Positions 1-13,076 of a stretch of 64,000 nt of DNA are shown here, piece by piece (position 1 is the first letter of the stretch; each line of letters starts with the position of its first letter). Location of the stretch: positions 77,500,001-77,564,000 of the forward strand of contig OX638152.1 in the NCBI GenBank assembly GCA_951804945.1, in the 5' to 3' direction. A program made the translations under genes and the position numbers. This DNA is from Podarcis cretensis. Lineage: Eukaryota. Under the pieces are notes generated by a model, which did no database searches, was not told the origin of the DNA, and saw only the letters and a program-made list of their open reading frames with translations.

Positions 1-576
1 GACAGCAGGGTAGTTTAATACAATTTGAAATTATAGGGGCTAGCCAAGCCTTTATCTTGCAGAAGGGCTTCATTAAGAACAACACCTGGGGCGCTCAACA
101 TGTCAGGAACCAAGACTGGAAGCCTATGAATCTAGGTGTGTGTGAGTGCGGAGCCCCGGGAGCTGTTTGTGTGTGGGATGAGTGCGGACTTGTTACTAAT
201 CTGAAAGATGAATAGTCCATCAGACAGAAGTCTTGCACCTCACTGCAGTGCTGGGTGATTGCAGTGTTTTATGTCTGGAAATCAGATCAGATTTGGGCAT
301 CTCAAAATCCTTTGCTTCCCATTCCCCCCTATGGTATGCTACCACCACAGTGTACGCGCTATTCCTGTTTTAAAACTTCCTTGTGTGTTGAACCTGCAGA
401 AGCCAGCACTGCAAGCAGCCTCAAACAGGCCTCCCCAACTGGGTGTCCTCCAGCTGTTTTGGAGGACACCTTCCAGTAGCTCCTGCTGCGTATTGCTGAT
501 GGCAGGGGTGTTGTGGTCTAAACATCTGGAGTGGCCAAGGCTGGAGAAAGCATTGGGTGGAAACCTTAGTCCAGTG

Positions 577-1479
577 CAATGCGCTCTGTGTGGGGCTACC
601 TTTGAAGGTGACCCAGAAACTACAACTAATCCAGAATGCGGCAGCTAGACTGGTGACTGGGAGCAGCCACTGAGACCACATAACACTGGTCTTGAAAGAC
701 CTACACTGGCTCCCAGTACGTTTCTGAGCACAATTCAAGTGTTGGTGCTGTCCTTTAAAGCCCTAAATGGTCTCAGTCCAATATACTTGAAGGAGCGTCT
801 CCACCCCCATCATTCTGCCCGGACATGGAGGTCCAGTGCCAAGGGCCTTCTGGCTGTTCCCTCACTGCGAGAAGCCAAGTTACAGGCAACCAGGCAGAGG
901 GCCTTCTTAGTAGTGCCACCTGCCCTATGGAACGCCCTCCTGCCAGATCAAAGAGAAAAGCAACTATCAGACTTTTAGAAGACATCTGAAGGCAGCCCAG
1001 TTTAGGGAAGCTTTTAATGTTTAATAGATTATTGTATTTTAATATTCTGTTGGAAGCTGCCCAGAATGGCTGGGGAAACCCAGCCAGATGGGCAGGGTAT
1101 AAATAATAAAGGTAAAGGTAAAGGTACCCCTGCCCGTCAGGGCCAGTCGTGTCTGACTCTAGGGTTGCGCACTCATCTCGCTCTAGAGGCCGTGAGCCGA
1201 CGCCGTCCGAAGACACTTCCGGGTCATGTGGCCAGCGTGACGAAGCTGCAGCTGGCGAGCCAGCACCAGCGCATCACACGGAAATGCCGTTTACCTTCCT
1301 GCTATAAAGCGGTCCCTATTTATCTACTTGCACGTAAGAGTGCTTTCAAACTGCTAGGTGGGCAGGAGCTGGGACCGAATGATGGGAGCTCACCCCGCCG
1401 CGGGGATTCGAACCGCCAACCCACAGCGCCACCCGCATCCCATAAATAATAAATTATTATTATTATTATTATTATTATT
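577..1479 (+). mobile_element. 5'-truncated L2-clade LINE 3' end with (TAT)n tail, interrupted by a Sauria SINE
   Basis: Translates to L2-type ORF2 C-terminus (GLPLKVTQKLQLIQNAAARLVTG...LHWLPV...KALNGLSPIYLKERL); (TAT)n tail; exact 15-bp TSD AACCTTAGTCCAGTG at 562-576 and 1480-1494. Confidence 0.85.
1108..1441 (-). mobile_element. Sauria (Squam1) SINE nested in the L2 tail
   Basis: Reverse complement begins GGGATGCGGGTGGCGCTGTGGG and ends in (ACCTTT)n; TSD ATAAATAAT(AAA) at 1099 and 1442. Confidence 0.9.
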
Positions 1480-1747
1480 AACCTTAGTCCAGTGTTCTTC
1501 AACCTTTTGGAGTCCACGGCTCCTTTGACCAGCCACTTTATATCTGCAGCCACTTACACTGGGGTTCCATTGACAGACACAGGTAAGATCTCCCCATTCT
1601 GCCTCACTCCTTTTCGGCACCATTTTTGGCACACATGTAAGGGAGAGCACATGTTTTGATGGGGCAACGCCACCGCTCTGCAGGGCCAAGCTGACGCACT
1701 CCACTTGGCAGCCCCAGCCTCCCTTTCCAGAAATTGGTGTGCACATG

Positions 1748-1775
<28 letters not shown>
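1748..1775. repeat. (GT)n microsatellite
   Basis: Directly visible. Confidence 0.95.
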
Positions 1776-1779
<4 letters not shown>

Positions 1780-1894
1780 GGCAAAAAAGGAGAAAAGATT
1801 AATATCAGAAGCAGAATTATCTTGTTACTGTGGGGAAGGAAAGCGAGGAACACACAGCACAGGAAAACACACGCAGACACAGACCTTTCCTGTA

Positions 1895-2005
1895 CGGAGC
1901 TCACCACAAACTTCTCCCTTGTTCTCTTTGAATGGCAATGGTGCCCACCTGAGAAGTGCCGGAGCTGAGCTCTGGTGAGCTGTGAATGAAAAAATTAAAG
2001 CCCTG
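1895..2005 (+). mobile_element. Short interspersed repeat, probable hAT-like MITE (other copies ~6270-6392 + and ~24128-24262 -)
   Basis: Shared core GAATGGCAATGG...CCACCTG.GAG..GCC.GA.CTGAG and AAAGCCC end in three places. Confidence 0.55.
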
Positions 2006-2421
2006 GTTGTGAGTTTTAAAAACTTGTTTTGTATTTCAAATGGTTATAACCTGCCCTGGGATCTTAGGATGAAGGGTGGGCAGTAATAGTAAAAATAATA
2101 TCAGCAGTAGCAGCGGCAGCAGCAGCAGCAAAAACAATAATTCATACATATGCATTTGACCATCTCCCTGACCTATCAGCCTCAGACACAGGTATGTGAC
2201 TGAAATATTTTCACTGCTACTGAAGACTGTGAGACTGTGCAGAGGGGAGTATTAATCATGCCGGCATAGATATTCTTCCCGTGTGATGAGAGAGCAAACT
2301 AAGTCTGGAAGGAAGAGAAGAGAATCAATCTGCTTGATTGCCCTGGCGTCTTTCCTTTTGCACTCCACAACCCCTTGCTGGGTTTAGCAGCGGGGGAGCC
2401 GGCGCCTGCTTCTCTAACATT

Positions 2422-2440
2422 TGGCCGCCAGGTGGCAGCA
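2422..2440 (+). promoter_or_regulatory. CTCF-binding motif
   Basis: TGGCCGCCAGGTGGCAGCA closely matches the CTCF core consensus; lies in unique, CpG-retaining sequence. Confidence 0.55.
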
Positions 2441-4006
2441 TGGACTGAAGAAATGGCAAGTGTGGAACAAAACACATTTCTGGCAGAGCTGCGGCTTATT
2501 AAGCAGCGAATGGTGCTTTGAACCGGATCATTTCCCTTGTTGCCGTTGTTTTCAACCCTATCCTACAAAAGTAGAAGGAGGGGTGATGCTTCAACATTAT
2601 CATTTTGCTTTGGAAACTTTTCCAGGGCGATCGTCCGCACTGCCCGTTTCCTCCTTTCCCTTCCCGGCAAGATGCATGCCACTAATACATGGACAAGTTG
2701 CAATTTGGGGCTTTTGAGAGCTGTTGCTCCTACGCCTGCCTTTGTGCCCTTTTGGCCACGAATCTAGGCCAGCCTGAGTTAATTGCTGGCGCTAATTATT
2801 CCTTCTGACGTGTTCAAATCTGGCCCATTTGATCAATAAGCGAGATCTTATGAGGGAGAAGTGTCTACTGCTGAGAGCAGCAGCCATGTGCCTCTACCCC
2901 CCGTCCCATGGTTAAGAAAGAAAGAAAAAAAGACAAATGGAAGAACATAATTGCAACCAGAGTTCGCCCACCGCCATTAAGGCCTTATCTGCACAATACA
3001 TTTGAAACAATATTGCACCACTTTGAGCAGTCATGGGAATACTGGAGAATGTTGCAAAATTGGCACAAGACACAGCACACACGCTGCATTAGAACAGCAA
3101 TGTCCATCAACTTTGCTGTGGCCTGGATGCCTCAAAATTTTTATGGGGGGGGGGCAAAGGGACCTCGGCACCTAGGAGTTGGCTCCTATGCTTCTCAGAG
3201 TGGTTGAACAGGTGATCCCTCTTCTGAGGGATCTCTGGCTTCCTGCTTTAGCTCCGACCTTCTGCTCATGTTTTCAGTAGGCCTCTATAATCCAGTTGTT
3301 TCCTCTGGCTCTCCCAATATTGCCATGTCTCTATCCCTCTGCCCTCTGTGGTGGTGCAGCTTTTAAGACAGCCACCCCTGGTTAATGGCTGTTTTTTTAA
3401 ATTGTGGTTTCCCATTGTCGGCCGGAAAGGAAAAGGAGGATGGTGGCGCTAAACATTGATGAAAAAGCAGACTGCGAAGAGTAGGGCTTGGTGGTCGGTC
3501 ATTTGCTCTGCATGCAGAAAGTCGCTGGAGGGACCTATCAGGATAGAATGTAGGCCACTGGTACTGAAATGCTTGCCAACAAACATAAACTAGCATGGGG
3601 ACGAGCGATGGAGGATGCCCTCACCCCGGTGTGGCTCCCCTTTGTCACATATACAGCATGACAAGACAATGACGTATCCGCCTCAACAGTCTGTGAATCA
3701 ATATGGCTAATCTGAGGCCCTCACACATACAAACAAACCACACTGCACCAACTGAATGCAACCAATCAAGTCCTGGATCCCCTAATCTCTTGCAATGCAA
3801 ATACGAATAAATAAATGTATAAATAAAGGAACTACCCATGTGATGCTGGCTCAAGCCCTACACTAACACTATGAAATAGAATGAAAGAACATCACCCTCA
3901 TCTCTCTCTCTCTCTGCTTTCTTTCTCCACAAACACATGAAGTATATGACAACAGTGTCTCTTACCGAACGTAAATGAACTTTGAATCGAAAATGGAGAG
4001 GCAATA

Positions 4007-4257
4007 CAGTTGTACCTTGGTTGTTGAACGCCTTGCAACTCTAATGTTTTGGCTCCCAAACGCCGCAAATTCTGAAGTGTGTGTTCCGGTTTGCAAACTT
4101 TCTTTGGAACCCGAACATCCGACGCGGCTTCTGCAGCTTCTGATTGCATGGAGGAAACTCCTGCAGCCAATCGGAAGCCATGCCTTGGTTTCCGAATGTT
4201 TTCAGAAGTCGAACGGACTTCCGGAACGGATTCCATTCGAAAACCAAGGTACGACTG
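4007..4257. mobile_element. Tc1/mariner(Tigger)-type MITE
   Basis: TIR CAGTTGTACCTTGG...CCAAGGTACGACTG, TA on both sides. Confidence 0.85.
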
Positions 4258-4455
4258 TATGTACTTTTCCTTGTTTATTTGTTTGTTTTGTAGCACAAGA
4301 AAATCTTTCATAAAAACTAAAAGGAACAGAAGGAAAATTCAACCCTGGTATCTCCAGGTAGAACAGGGCTGCAAATTCTGTCTAAAATCCTGAAAACCTG
4401 CCGCCAATCTGTGTGGACAGTTTTAAGCTTGGTGGGCCAATGGTTTGACTCTGTA

Positions 4456-4786
4456 CAGTGGTACCTCGCAAGACGAATGCCTCGCAAGACGAAAAACGCG
4501 CAAGACGAAAGAGTTTTCCGTTTTTTGAGTCGTTCCGCAAGACGAATTTCCCTATGGGCTTGCTTCGCAAGACGAAGCATCTTGCGAGTTCTTGCGAGTT
4601 TGTTTCCTTTTTCTTAAAGCCGCTAAGCCGTTAATAGTCGCTAAGCCACTAAGCCGTTAATAGCCGCTAAGCCGCTAAGCTGCTAATAGCCGCTAAGCCG
4701 CTAATAGCCGTGCTTCGCAAGACGAAAAAACCGCAAGACGAAGAGACTCACAGAACGGATTAATTTTGTCTTGCGAGGCACCACTG
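4456..4786. mobile_element. Tc1/mariner-type MITE with internal tandem repeats
   Basis: TIR CAGTGGTACCTCGCAAGAC...GTCTTGCGAGGCACCACTG, TA TSD; internal GCAAGACGAA and GCCGCTAA repeats. Confidence 0.88.
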
Positions 4787-5328
4787 TATAAGGCCTCATC
4801 CTGTGTTAGGCCCCCTTATCTATGGTGACATTGGCTCTTCAGCCTGCTTGCTACGAAGTTCCGAAGAGGTTTTCAAGGAGAACATTGAGATGTGCAGAAT
4901 GTAGCGGGAAGCAATAAAACCTCCAGCAGAACATTACAAACCATTAGGAAAACCAAACTTTATTTATCTGACTGACGGAGGGCAATTTGGGTACGATTGC
5001 AAGAGCGAGACCTTGCTTTGTCCTCCGTCTGAGATTGCTGTGGAAAGGGTTTGGCAGAAGAGTTGCTTTTGTCTTGGCCAAGAGTGCTTCCGTTGTGGGA
5101 AGGGGGGGGGAGAGAGAGCAGCGGCTCCATCTTCACAATGTGGGCTCTTGTTAATTGTTGTCTCAAAGTTTCCCACAATATAAATTAAGGTAGTTTAAGG
5201 CTTCTATCTACGGCTGCTGATTATTTTGACACAGCCCCCATGTTAAACAGCGAGCAGCTTTTAAACCTCAAGTGAGAAGGGCACTTTGTTGTCTTTCGGA
5301 AAGCAGGAACAGCAGCAAAAGAGAAATA

Positions 5329-6204
5329 CAAGGTGTGACCAGAAAGTTTGGTCAATGATCGCAGAAATCGGACAGAGAGAAATATTTGAACATACAATTG
5401 GCATCGCAAACCCACGAAATGCTCACAATTGTGTACGGAGATGAAGCTGTAACTCAAAAGACAGTGTATGAGTGGTTCAAGCATTTCCGTGAAGGGCGGC
5501 AAACCATTGAAGATGACCCACGGCCTGGCAGACGGTCGACGAGCAGAACAGTGGCAAATGTTGACAGAATTCATGAGTTATTGATGCAGGATCAGGGTCT
5601 GTCTGTCTGAATAATAGCGGAAGAATTGCATACAGTGGTACCTCGGGTTACAGACGTTTCAGGTTACAGACACTTCAGGTTACAGACTCTGCTAACCCAG
5701 AAATAGTACCTCAGGTTAAGAACTTTGCTTCAGGATGAGAACAGAAATCAGGCGGCGGCAGCGGGAGGCCCCATTAGCTAAAGTGGTACCTCAGGTTAAG
5801 AATGGTTTCAGGTTAAGAACGGACCTCCAGAACGAATTAAGTTCTTAACCCGAGGTACCACTGTATTTCGCATGAAATCATTACTGAGGTTACTGAGTAG
5901 TCCGACCCTCCATATTCTCCCGATCTTGCCCCACCGGATTTCTTTATTTTTCCAAAACTGAAATCTGAACTGAATGGGCACAGATTTCCCAACATTTCAC
6001 ACGTTCAAGCTGCTGTGACGAGGTAACTGAAAGCAGTACGAAAAGAGGACTTCTCCAGAAGTTTTCAACAGTCCTAAGAACGTTGTCAATGCTGCATTGT
6101 ATCAGAGGGAGCCTTCTTTGAAGGCCTGTAATGTATGTATGTTCGAATATTTCTCGCTGTCCGATTTCTGTGACCATTCACTGAATTTTCCAGTCACAGA
6201 ACTG
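5329..6204 (+). mobile_element. Internally deleted mariner transposon (transposase pseudogene)
   Basis: N-terminal HTH region (HEMLTIVYGDEAVTQKTVYEWFKHFREGRQTIEDDPRPGR) and C-terminal PPYSPDLAPPDFFIFPKLK...EGAFFEGL* with stops; ~65-bp imperfect terminal inverted repeats; TA flanks. Confidence 0.92.
5633..5863. mobile_element. CAGTGGTACCTCGGGTTA-family MITE nested in the mariner
   Basis: TIRs plus TA TSD; the mariner frame resumes on either side (IIAEELH|ISHEII). Confidence 0.9.
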
Positions 6205-7453
6205 TATATTGTATTTATACTGAAAGTGGAATGATTTGCCACATGATGATTATGAACGATGCTATTTTTATAGAAAAAGAGGTACCGGAAGTGACCTCGA
6301 ACACTTCCCTCGTACTCTTAGAATGGCAATGGCACCTACCTGAGAGGTGCCAGAACTGAATTCCGGTGAGTTCTGGCTGGAAAGAAAGCCCTTATTATGA
6401 AGATGTTGCTGTTTATGGTGCCCACTTTTAGGCCTGGCTGTAATTCCAACCCTCATTCCATCCTGAACATCAGTACATTTTGGAATTTCCTAAATATGGA
6501 GAACCACAGCTTTTTTGAACAGAGAGGCACGGATGGAAGACTAGAATGTGCAGTGCCTGGGTGGAAGAGGAAGAATCAATATATTTCTACCATCACAGAG
6601 GAGTTTCAAAAGTCAGAGCAGAATGGTTACAGGTCGTTGCCACCTAATGAAAGCAACAATACTGTAATTTAAAATAATCAGACAAATGGCACCATTGGTT
6701 TTAAGAAACCTATGCTGGAATCAGCTAATTAATTTTTGGCCTCCTTAACTACAGGGTATTTGATGCCACATGTTATGAATCATTTTCAGTTGAGATATTA
6801 AAATCAGATTACAAGAGAAAAGCCTTGTAAATATTTGCCTTCAAATGAGTCTGAGAATAAATATATATTCAGTAATTCATCCATATTTAGCAGATATTAA
6901 AGAGACAAAGCATAGCTTTAAATTCAATTATCATTTTATACAAAGGGAGGAAATATGAAACTTGGCTTGATTAGCTTGTTTCTTCCCATGCTTTGTAATA
7001 CCTTATTAAAATTTGAACTTTGAAATTGATATTATCAGTCAAATAATGTCAGAAGAAATATTTAATCTGTGGTTAGAGCCTCTGTTAATAGAAATTTTAT
7101 TTGAAGTGTGTTACGTCTAAAAGAGAGAAAATATATGAAGGAGATCCAGACTTGATTTGGAAGGTTGATTTCACTACTGTAATTCCATTTGAAATCCTCC
7201 CAGACCTAAACAAATTATTTGGAACTCATCCAAATTAGAATTACAGGGTTTATTTAGACTTGTTGAGGAAAGCATTGGCACCCAGTCTGGCGTTATCCCT
7301 GAGTTAACCACTATGCTAAATATGTTGTAGGGTAAGGACTTGGCCAAAAGAAGCCCCTGTGGTAACAGTGCTTTGTCGTGGAAAGTGTGTGCTTCCTGTC
7401 CGCTTTGCTCACTTCCTTCAAAAGTACCTAGGCGTCCTGTAGGGAATGTAATA

Positions 7454-7695
7454 CAGTGGTACCTTGGGTTAGAGATGCTTCAGGTTACATACGCTTCAGG
7501 TTACTGACTCCACTAACCCAGAAATAGTACCTCGGGTTAAGAACTTTGCTTCAGGATGAGAACAGAAATTGTGCCCTGGTGGTGCGGCGGCAGCGGGAAG
7601 CCCCATTAGCTAAAGTGGTACCTCAGGTTAAGAACAGTTTCAGGTTAAGAACGGACCTCCAGAATGAATTAAGTTCTTAACCCAAGGTACCACTG
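7454..7695. mobile_element. CAGTGGTACC-family MITE
   Basis: TIRs, TA TSD, highly similar to 5633-5863. Confidence 0.9.
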
Positions 7696-7756
7696 TACAC
7701 CCGGGGAGTAGTAAAGTAGAAATTACCAAATTCACACTTTCTGAAAGAAACTGCGA

Positions 7757-8240
7757 TGTCAGGGTCTGGGCAGAGGAGGAATGGTGGAGACCACATCCCC
7801 AGCCTGACCTTCCAGAAAAAAGGAAGACAGTTTAGATTTACAACAGGGGTTTGAGGCAGGTCACAGCTCAGAGGCAGATCAGGGGGAAAGCTGGGAAATC
7901 ATAGGAGAGTGAGAGCAGCTGGCTGACAAGTTGTCATTAGAAAGCATTTCATGCCCACCATCTCCCAGAACTCAGAGAGCCTTGAAAGTAGGAGAGCAAA
8001 GAGCTCAAAGACACAGGGCACTTATCAGCACCCGTAGAGGAGGAGATGATGATGATGATGAATGAGGAAGTGGGAGAGACATGGGGTGGAGATTCACTCA
8101 GGACAACACCATTATCCAAGAGGCTGAGTTCTGTAGCCTCTCTCTGTAAAGACTGAAATGAAAAAGGACTGTAAGAAACTTTTCCTGGTCTTTATACTTT
8201 CCTGGGCAGCCAGCCAGGAGCTGCTGACAGCATCCTGACA
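7757..8240 (+). mobile_element. Solo LTR (484 bp) inserted in an older repeat
   Basis: TGTCAGG...CCTGACA inverted ends; 5-bp TSD TGCGA/TGCAA; host repeat continues on both sides (compare 39790-39862). Confidence 0.7.
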
Positions 8241-8590
8241 TGCAAACAGAACCACAGCCATCCGTTGAAATTCACACTTGTCTGAATTTTGCATTCAACT
8301 AATGTGTACCAAAACGCATATACCAGGGCAAAGTGTGCCTAGAAATGTATATATACAATGTATTGTACATGGGGTATGATGCTTTCCCACTAGGCTCCAC
8401 CCCTCAAGTTCATGAGGTTCTGGAAGTGGGTTCCATTTTGCCAGAATGACTTTCCAGAAGGGTCCCAGCTCTTGAGAAAGTGAGGATGAAGACCACTCAC
8501 CTATATTCAGACGCATTAGGGGTAGTCATATGACCCTCATCACATGCTTTGTACAGATCTTAAAGTCCTCTTTTTCACTAACACTGTATA

Positions 8591-8824
8591 CAGTGGTACC
8601 TCGGGTTACATACACTTCAGGTTACAGATGCTTCAGGTTACAGACTCCGCTAACCCAGAAATAGTACCTCAGGATAAGAACTTTGCTTCAGGATGAGAAC
8701 AGAAATCGTGCAGCGGTGGCAGCAGGAGGCCCCATTAACTAAAATGGTGCTTCAGGTTAAGAACAGTTTCAGGTGAAGAACAGACCTCCGGAACGAATTA
8801 AGTTCTTAACCTGAGGTACCACTG
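8591..8824. mobile_element. CAGTGGTACC-family MITE
   Basis: TIRs and same internal sequence; right TA altered. Confidence 0.88.
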
Positions 8825-10836
8825 AGCATGGTCCTGAGATCAGTGGTCAGTGGGCATATCTCCACTTTCCTGTCATGTATTTGGTTGGTTTTTTTTTGGT
8901 TTTTTTTTTTGCTCTTCTGCTTCTTCCCCCATTTATAACTTTTCAAATCGACAATAATATGAGGAGGAATATCACTTACGCTAACCCCTTTCTTGCCCGC
9001 AAGCACAGCAGACTGACTGAAGGGCAAGTGTACCGAGTTCTATGAGAATATTGCTTTTGCTAAAGAGAATGAGGACGTGTTCTCTAACCTCAAAAAGGAC
9101 AAAACTCAACGGAACCATTTTTTAAGGCTTTGTTTGACTAGCTGGCTACATTGATAGGAACCTAAGTGCCTGCCATTTAGAGCAATCCCTGCTCATGGAC
9201 GTAGCAATGTCACTATTTTATAGTCTCCTTGTAAAATATCCTTCTCCCGCACCCGTCTCCACTGACACATGTATAAAATACTGCAGAATGTCCTCCTTCT
9301 AAAGAGATACACATGAGCGTGAGAGCATCAGGAATTCTTGCTGTGTGCTGCTTCCCCCTCTAACATATACAATCTGGCAGCTCAGTTGCTTATGCATTCG
9401 TATAGATTTCCCTGTGATAGACCAGGGGGTGTGGGCTGCCTGTGACCGAGATGGTGGTGGCAGTGATGAGAGAAAGAGAAAGGGAATGCATCACTCAGAA
9501 TTCAGTGTCTCAGTGTGAGGTGAAAAAGCACTAAAATATAATGTTTTCTCGGAGAATTTAATCTCAGCACCACTCAGTCTTTTTCTTTTTTCTTTTAAAT
9601 GAATGTCATTATTAATCAATATACACTTTCCAGTGCCATTTTGTGCGGGAAGGAGGGAAAGGAAATCAGGAGAAAAGATGACTTGTGGCCTTGAAATGTT
9701 GGCATTTCTGTTTCCTTTTCTATTTGCAACAGCCATGGTAAGTCTTCTGAGTTGCTTAGCCAGGGTATGACTGGAAGGGAGTGTTGTGGCGGTTCGAGTT
9801 TATTCTGCAGTGACATTAGGGAGAAAATGGAATTGCAGGACTCTTGTTTCCAACTATGGCCACTGTGGTCCATCTCGTCCCAGATGTTTTTAAAGACCTT
9901 CAGGAAACTGTTTGGAGAAGTCATCCAGAGGTTAGGGCTAAAACAAAGGGCGGTCAACTTTGTTGAGTCCAGGAAGTCTGAGAGAACCATCCCCTCTTTC
10001 TGTTTCTCTTTTCATACCCAATAGATAGAAAGAAAGCACACATTCCTGCACAACACACAACACAAACACAGATTGATTTTTCCACAGGGTGTGGGTGAAA
10101 ATGGAATCCGGTGGAATGAAACCACATCCTTGTGAATTTGCATGATTTTACACACAGTCCTTAAAAAGCCCACTATAAAATTAAAGATTTCACCACAGCT
10201 TGCCAGCACCCAAAAGCTTTAATCCGAGGCTTTGTCCCTCACAAACCTTCATGATTTTGTTTTTCATATGACAACAAAATTACTAACAAATCACAGAACA
10301 CATCTGTGAATACAGAGGTGACGTAGGATTGGATAGTGGCTTTGAAGAGATTCCTTGTAAAAATTATGGGGACCCTAATCTATATTTGAATCTCTATTTT
10401 TGTGCCATGGAAGCTCTGGAAAACACCAGGTCTGTGATTTTAATTGCTCATGAAAGAGAAGTGATTTGTGATGGTGGTTACGGGTAGTGCCTGATGAAAT
10501 AACGCCCCCCTGCTCTTTTAAATGTGTTACCCATTTTGTGTTATGCCACAAAGCCAAGGTAGCCATTTTGTGTCATACCACACTCACCGTGGCAGCTATT
10601 TTGTGACTAGCGGATACAGCACTATTTCAAAATTCCAAATGTGCCCACTGGCCCCCTAAAGATTGGTGGTCCTCAGACTGGCTGGTTGCTAGGTGAGGGC
10701 ACCTCTTAGGACACCCAGGGCCAGCATGTGCCACCAGCCCACCTAAGGGAGGAGGAAGAGAGTAATTCACAAGACTTTCCCTTCCCCTGTTTGTGGTTTC
10801 CGCTATGTTTTTGCCTATTACTTTTACGATGAAATA

Positions 10837-11066
10837 CAGTGGTACTTCGGTTTACGAACTTAATCTGTTCCGGAAGTCCAAAACTGTTCTTAAACCGAGG
10901 CACACTTTCCCTAATGAGGCCTCTTGCCGCCGGTGCCCTTCCACCATTTGGATTCCATTCTTAGACTGAGGTAAAGTTCTCAAACCGGGACAATATTTCC
11001 GGTTTTGCGGAGTTTGTAAACTGAATTGTTCTTAAACCGGACTGTTCTTAAACCGAGGTACCACTG
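10837..11066. mobile_element. Related Tc1/mariner-type MITE
   Basis: CAGTGGTACTTCGGTTTA...TAAACCGAGGTACCACTG. Confidence 0.85.
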
Positions 11067-12009
11067 TTATAGATGGTTATTTCAGTGCTCTAACATTCCA
11101 CATGGGAACATTTCTATCTACCCTTGTCGGACTCCTAAAGATCCACTCCACTCAGGGTTTTCAGACTCGTTGACCCAAGGATGGATGCTTTTTCTGCAGG
11201 CTCCAAGTTGCCTTTTCCGTGGCATGATTTCCTTTCCCCTTCTATTAGCTCCCACCTCTGTAAGCAGGAAAGGGTGCATTTAATTGTGGCACTTTGAAAA
11301 CCAAGGTTAGGAGAAGCTGAGGATGTTGATGTTGGCTGGTTAAAACTGTTGTGACAAATACAGCTCCAGGGAACTCTCTAAATGCACTGGATGAATTATG
11401 GTAGCAATCTAAGGAAGTCTGATACAGTCTCGGCTGGTTTACAGTTCTTTGACTGCCCCTAGTCATCAGGTATTAGCAAGTTATGCTACAGAGTTTACAG
11501 CACAGTGAATATACTCTAAGGCCTGTTATAACCATAATCCTTTTTTAATGCTTTATGTCAGGCCTCCCTGCTGCACTCTAACCACTCTTTAATAATAAGA
11601 CAAAAGTGATATTTTAAGGTTAATAAATAACGTGACTTATCCAATCACACCTTTCACTAAAATATTATTATCTTTTGACAGATTCATTACAGTGGAGGCA
11701 TCGGGAGCTGATGAAACACTCTCTAATTCTACCACTAGTACATTTTCCGCAGTTGTCTTTCTTTTAATTTAATTCTCCTATTCTGAAAGCATACTGTCCA
11801 TTGCAATTATCGAGTAAGCATTTAATCTAGCATAACTAAAGCATTTTAATCTTTTCTTATGGAAAAACGATTAAATGGTCATAACATCACTATGATGTGC
11901 ATTCATTTACTCCTGACTTTTAGAAGTTTCTTGGAACCAAATCTCAAGTGAAACTAAACTTCTTTGCAAAAAGGCAGTCTGTGTGTGTATTTGCTTGCTT
12001 AGGAGCACA

Positions 12010-12048
12010 TATACATACATACATACATACATACATACATACATACAT
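12010..12048. repeat. (CATA)n microsatellite
   Basis: Directly visible. Confidence 0.95.
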
Positions 12049-13076
12049 CTCCTCCAATTTGCTCAGAATAATTTGCTTTTTTATATAGGCTACGAGGTGA
12101 GACACATTATTGTATAATTAATGGCAAACACCTAAGGTCTACATAATCTTTGTTCCATTATTTTTTTGGGGGGTGGGCCATAAAGCCACAAACCTTGGGT
12201 TAAAAGTTCTTCTGCAAATTTCCTTCCAGAATTTTGGTAGGACACATTTCAAAGAACATTTGCAAAATGGAATTTTGTACCTGGTTGGTTTAAGAGTTCA
12301 GAATGATACCTTTCACACCCTTTCCCCAATTTGGGCTCAAAGGGTTCACAGTGACCAGAACGTAGCTGCAGTATTATGAAAATATTTGTGGAGGCTTCAT
12401 GGAAAAGATGCATGCCAAACAGTGCAAAACAGGCAGTGAAAAGTGTGTGTAGTATGAATATTCAATTTTTATTTTAAATTAAGGAAAAAATAGATTCTAG
12501 GGCACCAAGGCCTAGGCTTTCAACTCAGGATTGTACACCAAATTTATCTCCATTTTGAATGCAATCCAATCCATGCCTACTCAGAAGTAAGCTCCACTGA
12601 GTTCAGGTAATTGTGAATAGGTCTGCAGTCTAACAGAGCAATCCAGACTCTTGGTTTCAATATTCTTTCAGCAAGGATATGTTATCCATGGAAATTCTAT
12701 CCTTGCAGTGTCTAGAAACATGTGCATTTTAGCTTATGTTTCAGTAAATATTTTCTAGAAGAAAATAGATATGCTTCCATAGCAGATACGTTTCCTTTTC
12801 CCCTCTCCAGAACTGTGTTTCTCCTCTCTGTTCCACCACTAAACAGCTATGTTATTTTTAAATTTCAGAGCACACGTTCCTCACACAGCCCCTCTGCGTC
12901 AAATATTAGTGGTCTGATCTGCCCCGCCCTCAATTTTCTTTTTTGTTTCGATTGGTAAAGAGGAGGGCAGTCAGAACTGGACAGCAGAGCCTGTCAGGAC
13001 CAAAGACAGACAAAGAAAGCAGACTTGGAGAACAGGCTTCATCAGAAGACTTGGGCAGACCAGAGAAATGACCACT

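Noticed and set aside
4466-4775. Regularly repeated GCAAGACGAA / GCCGCTAA units resembling an array
   Set aside because: Internal repeats of a MITE; no unique spacers, eukaryotic context, not CRISPR
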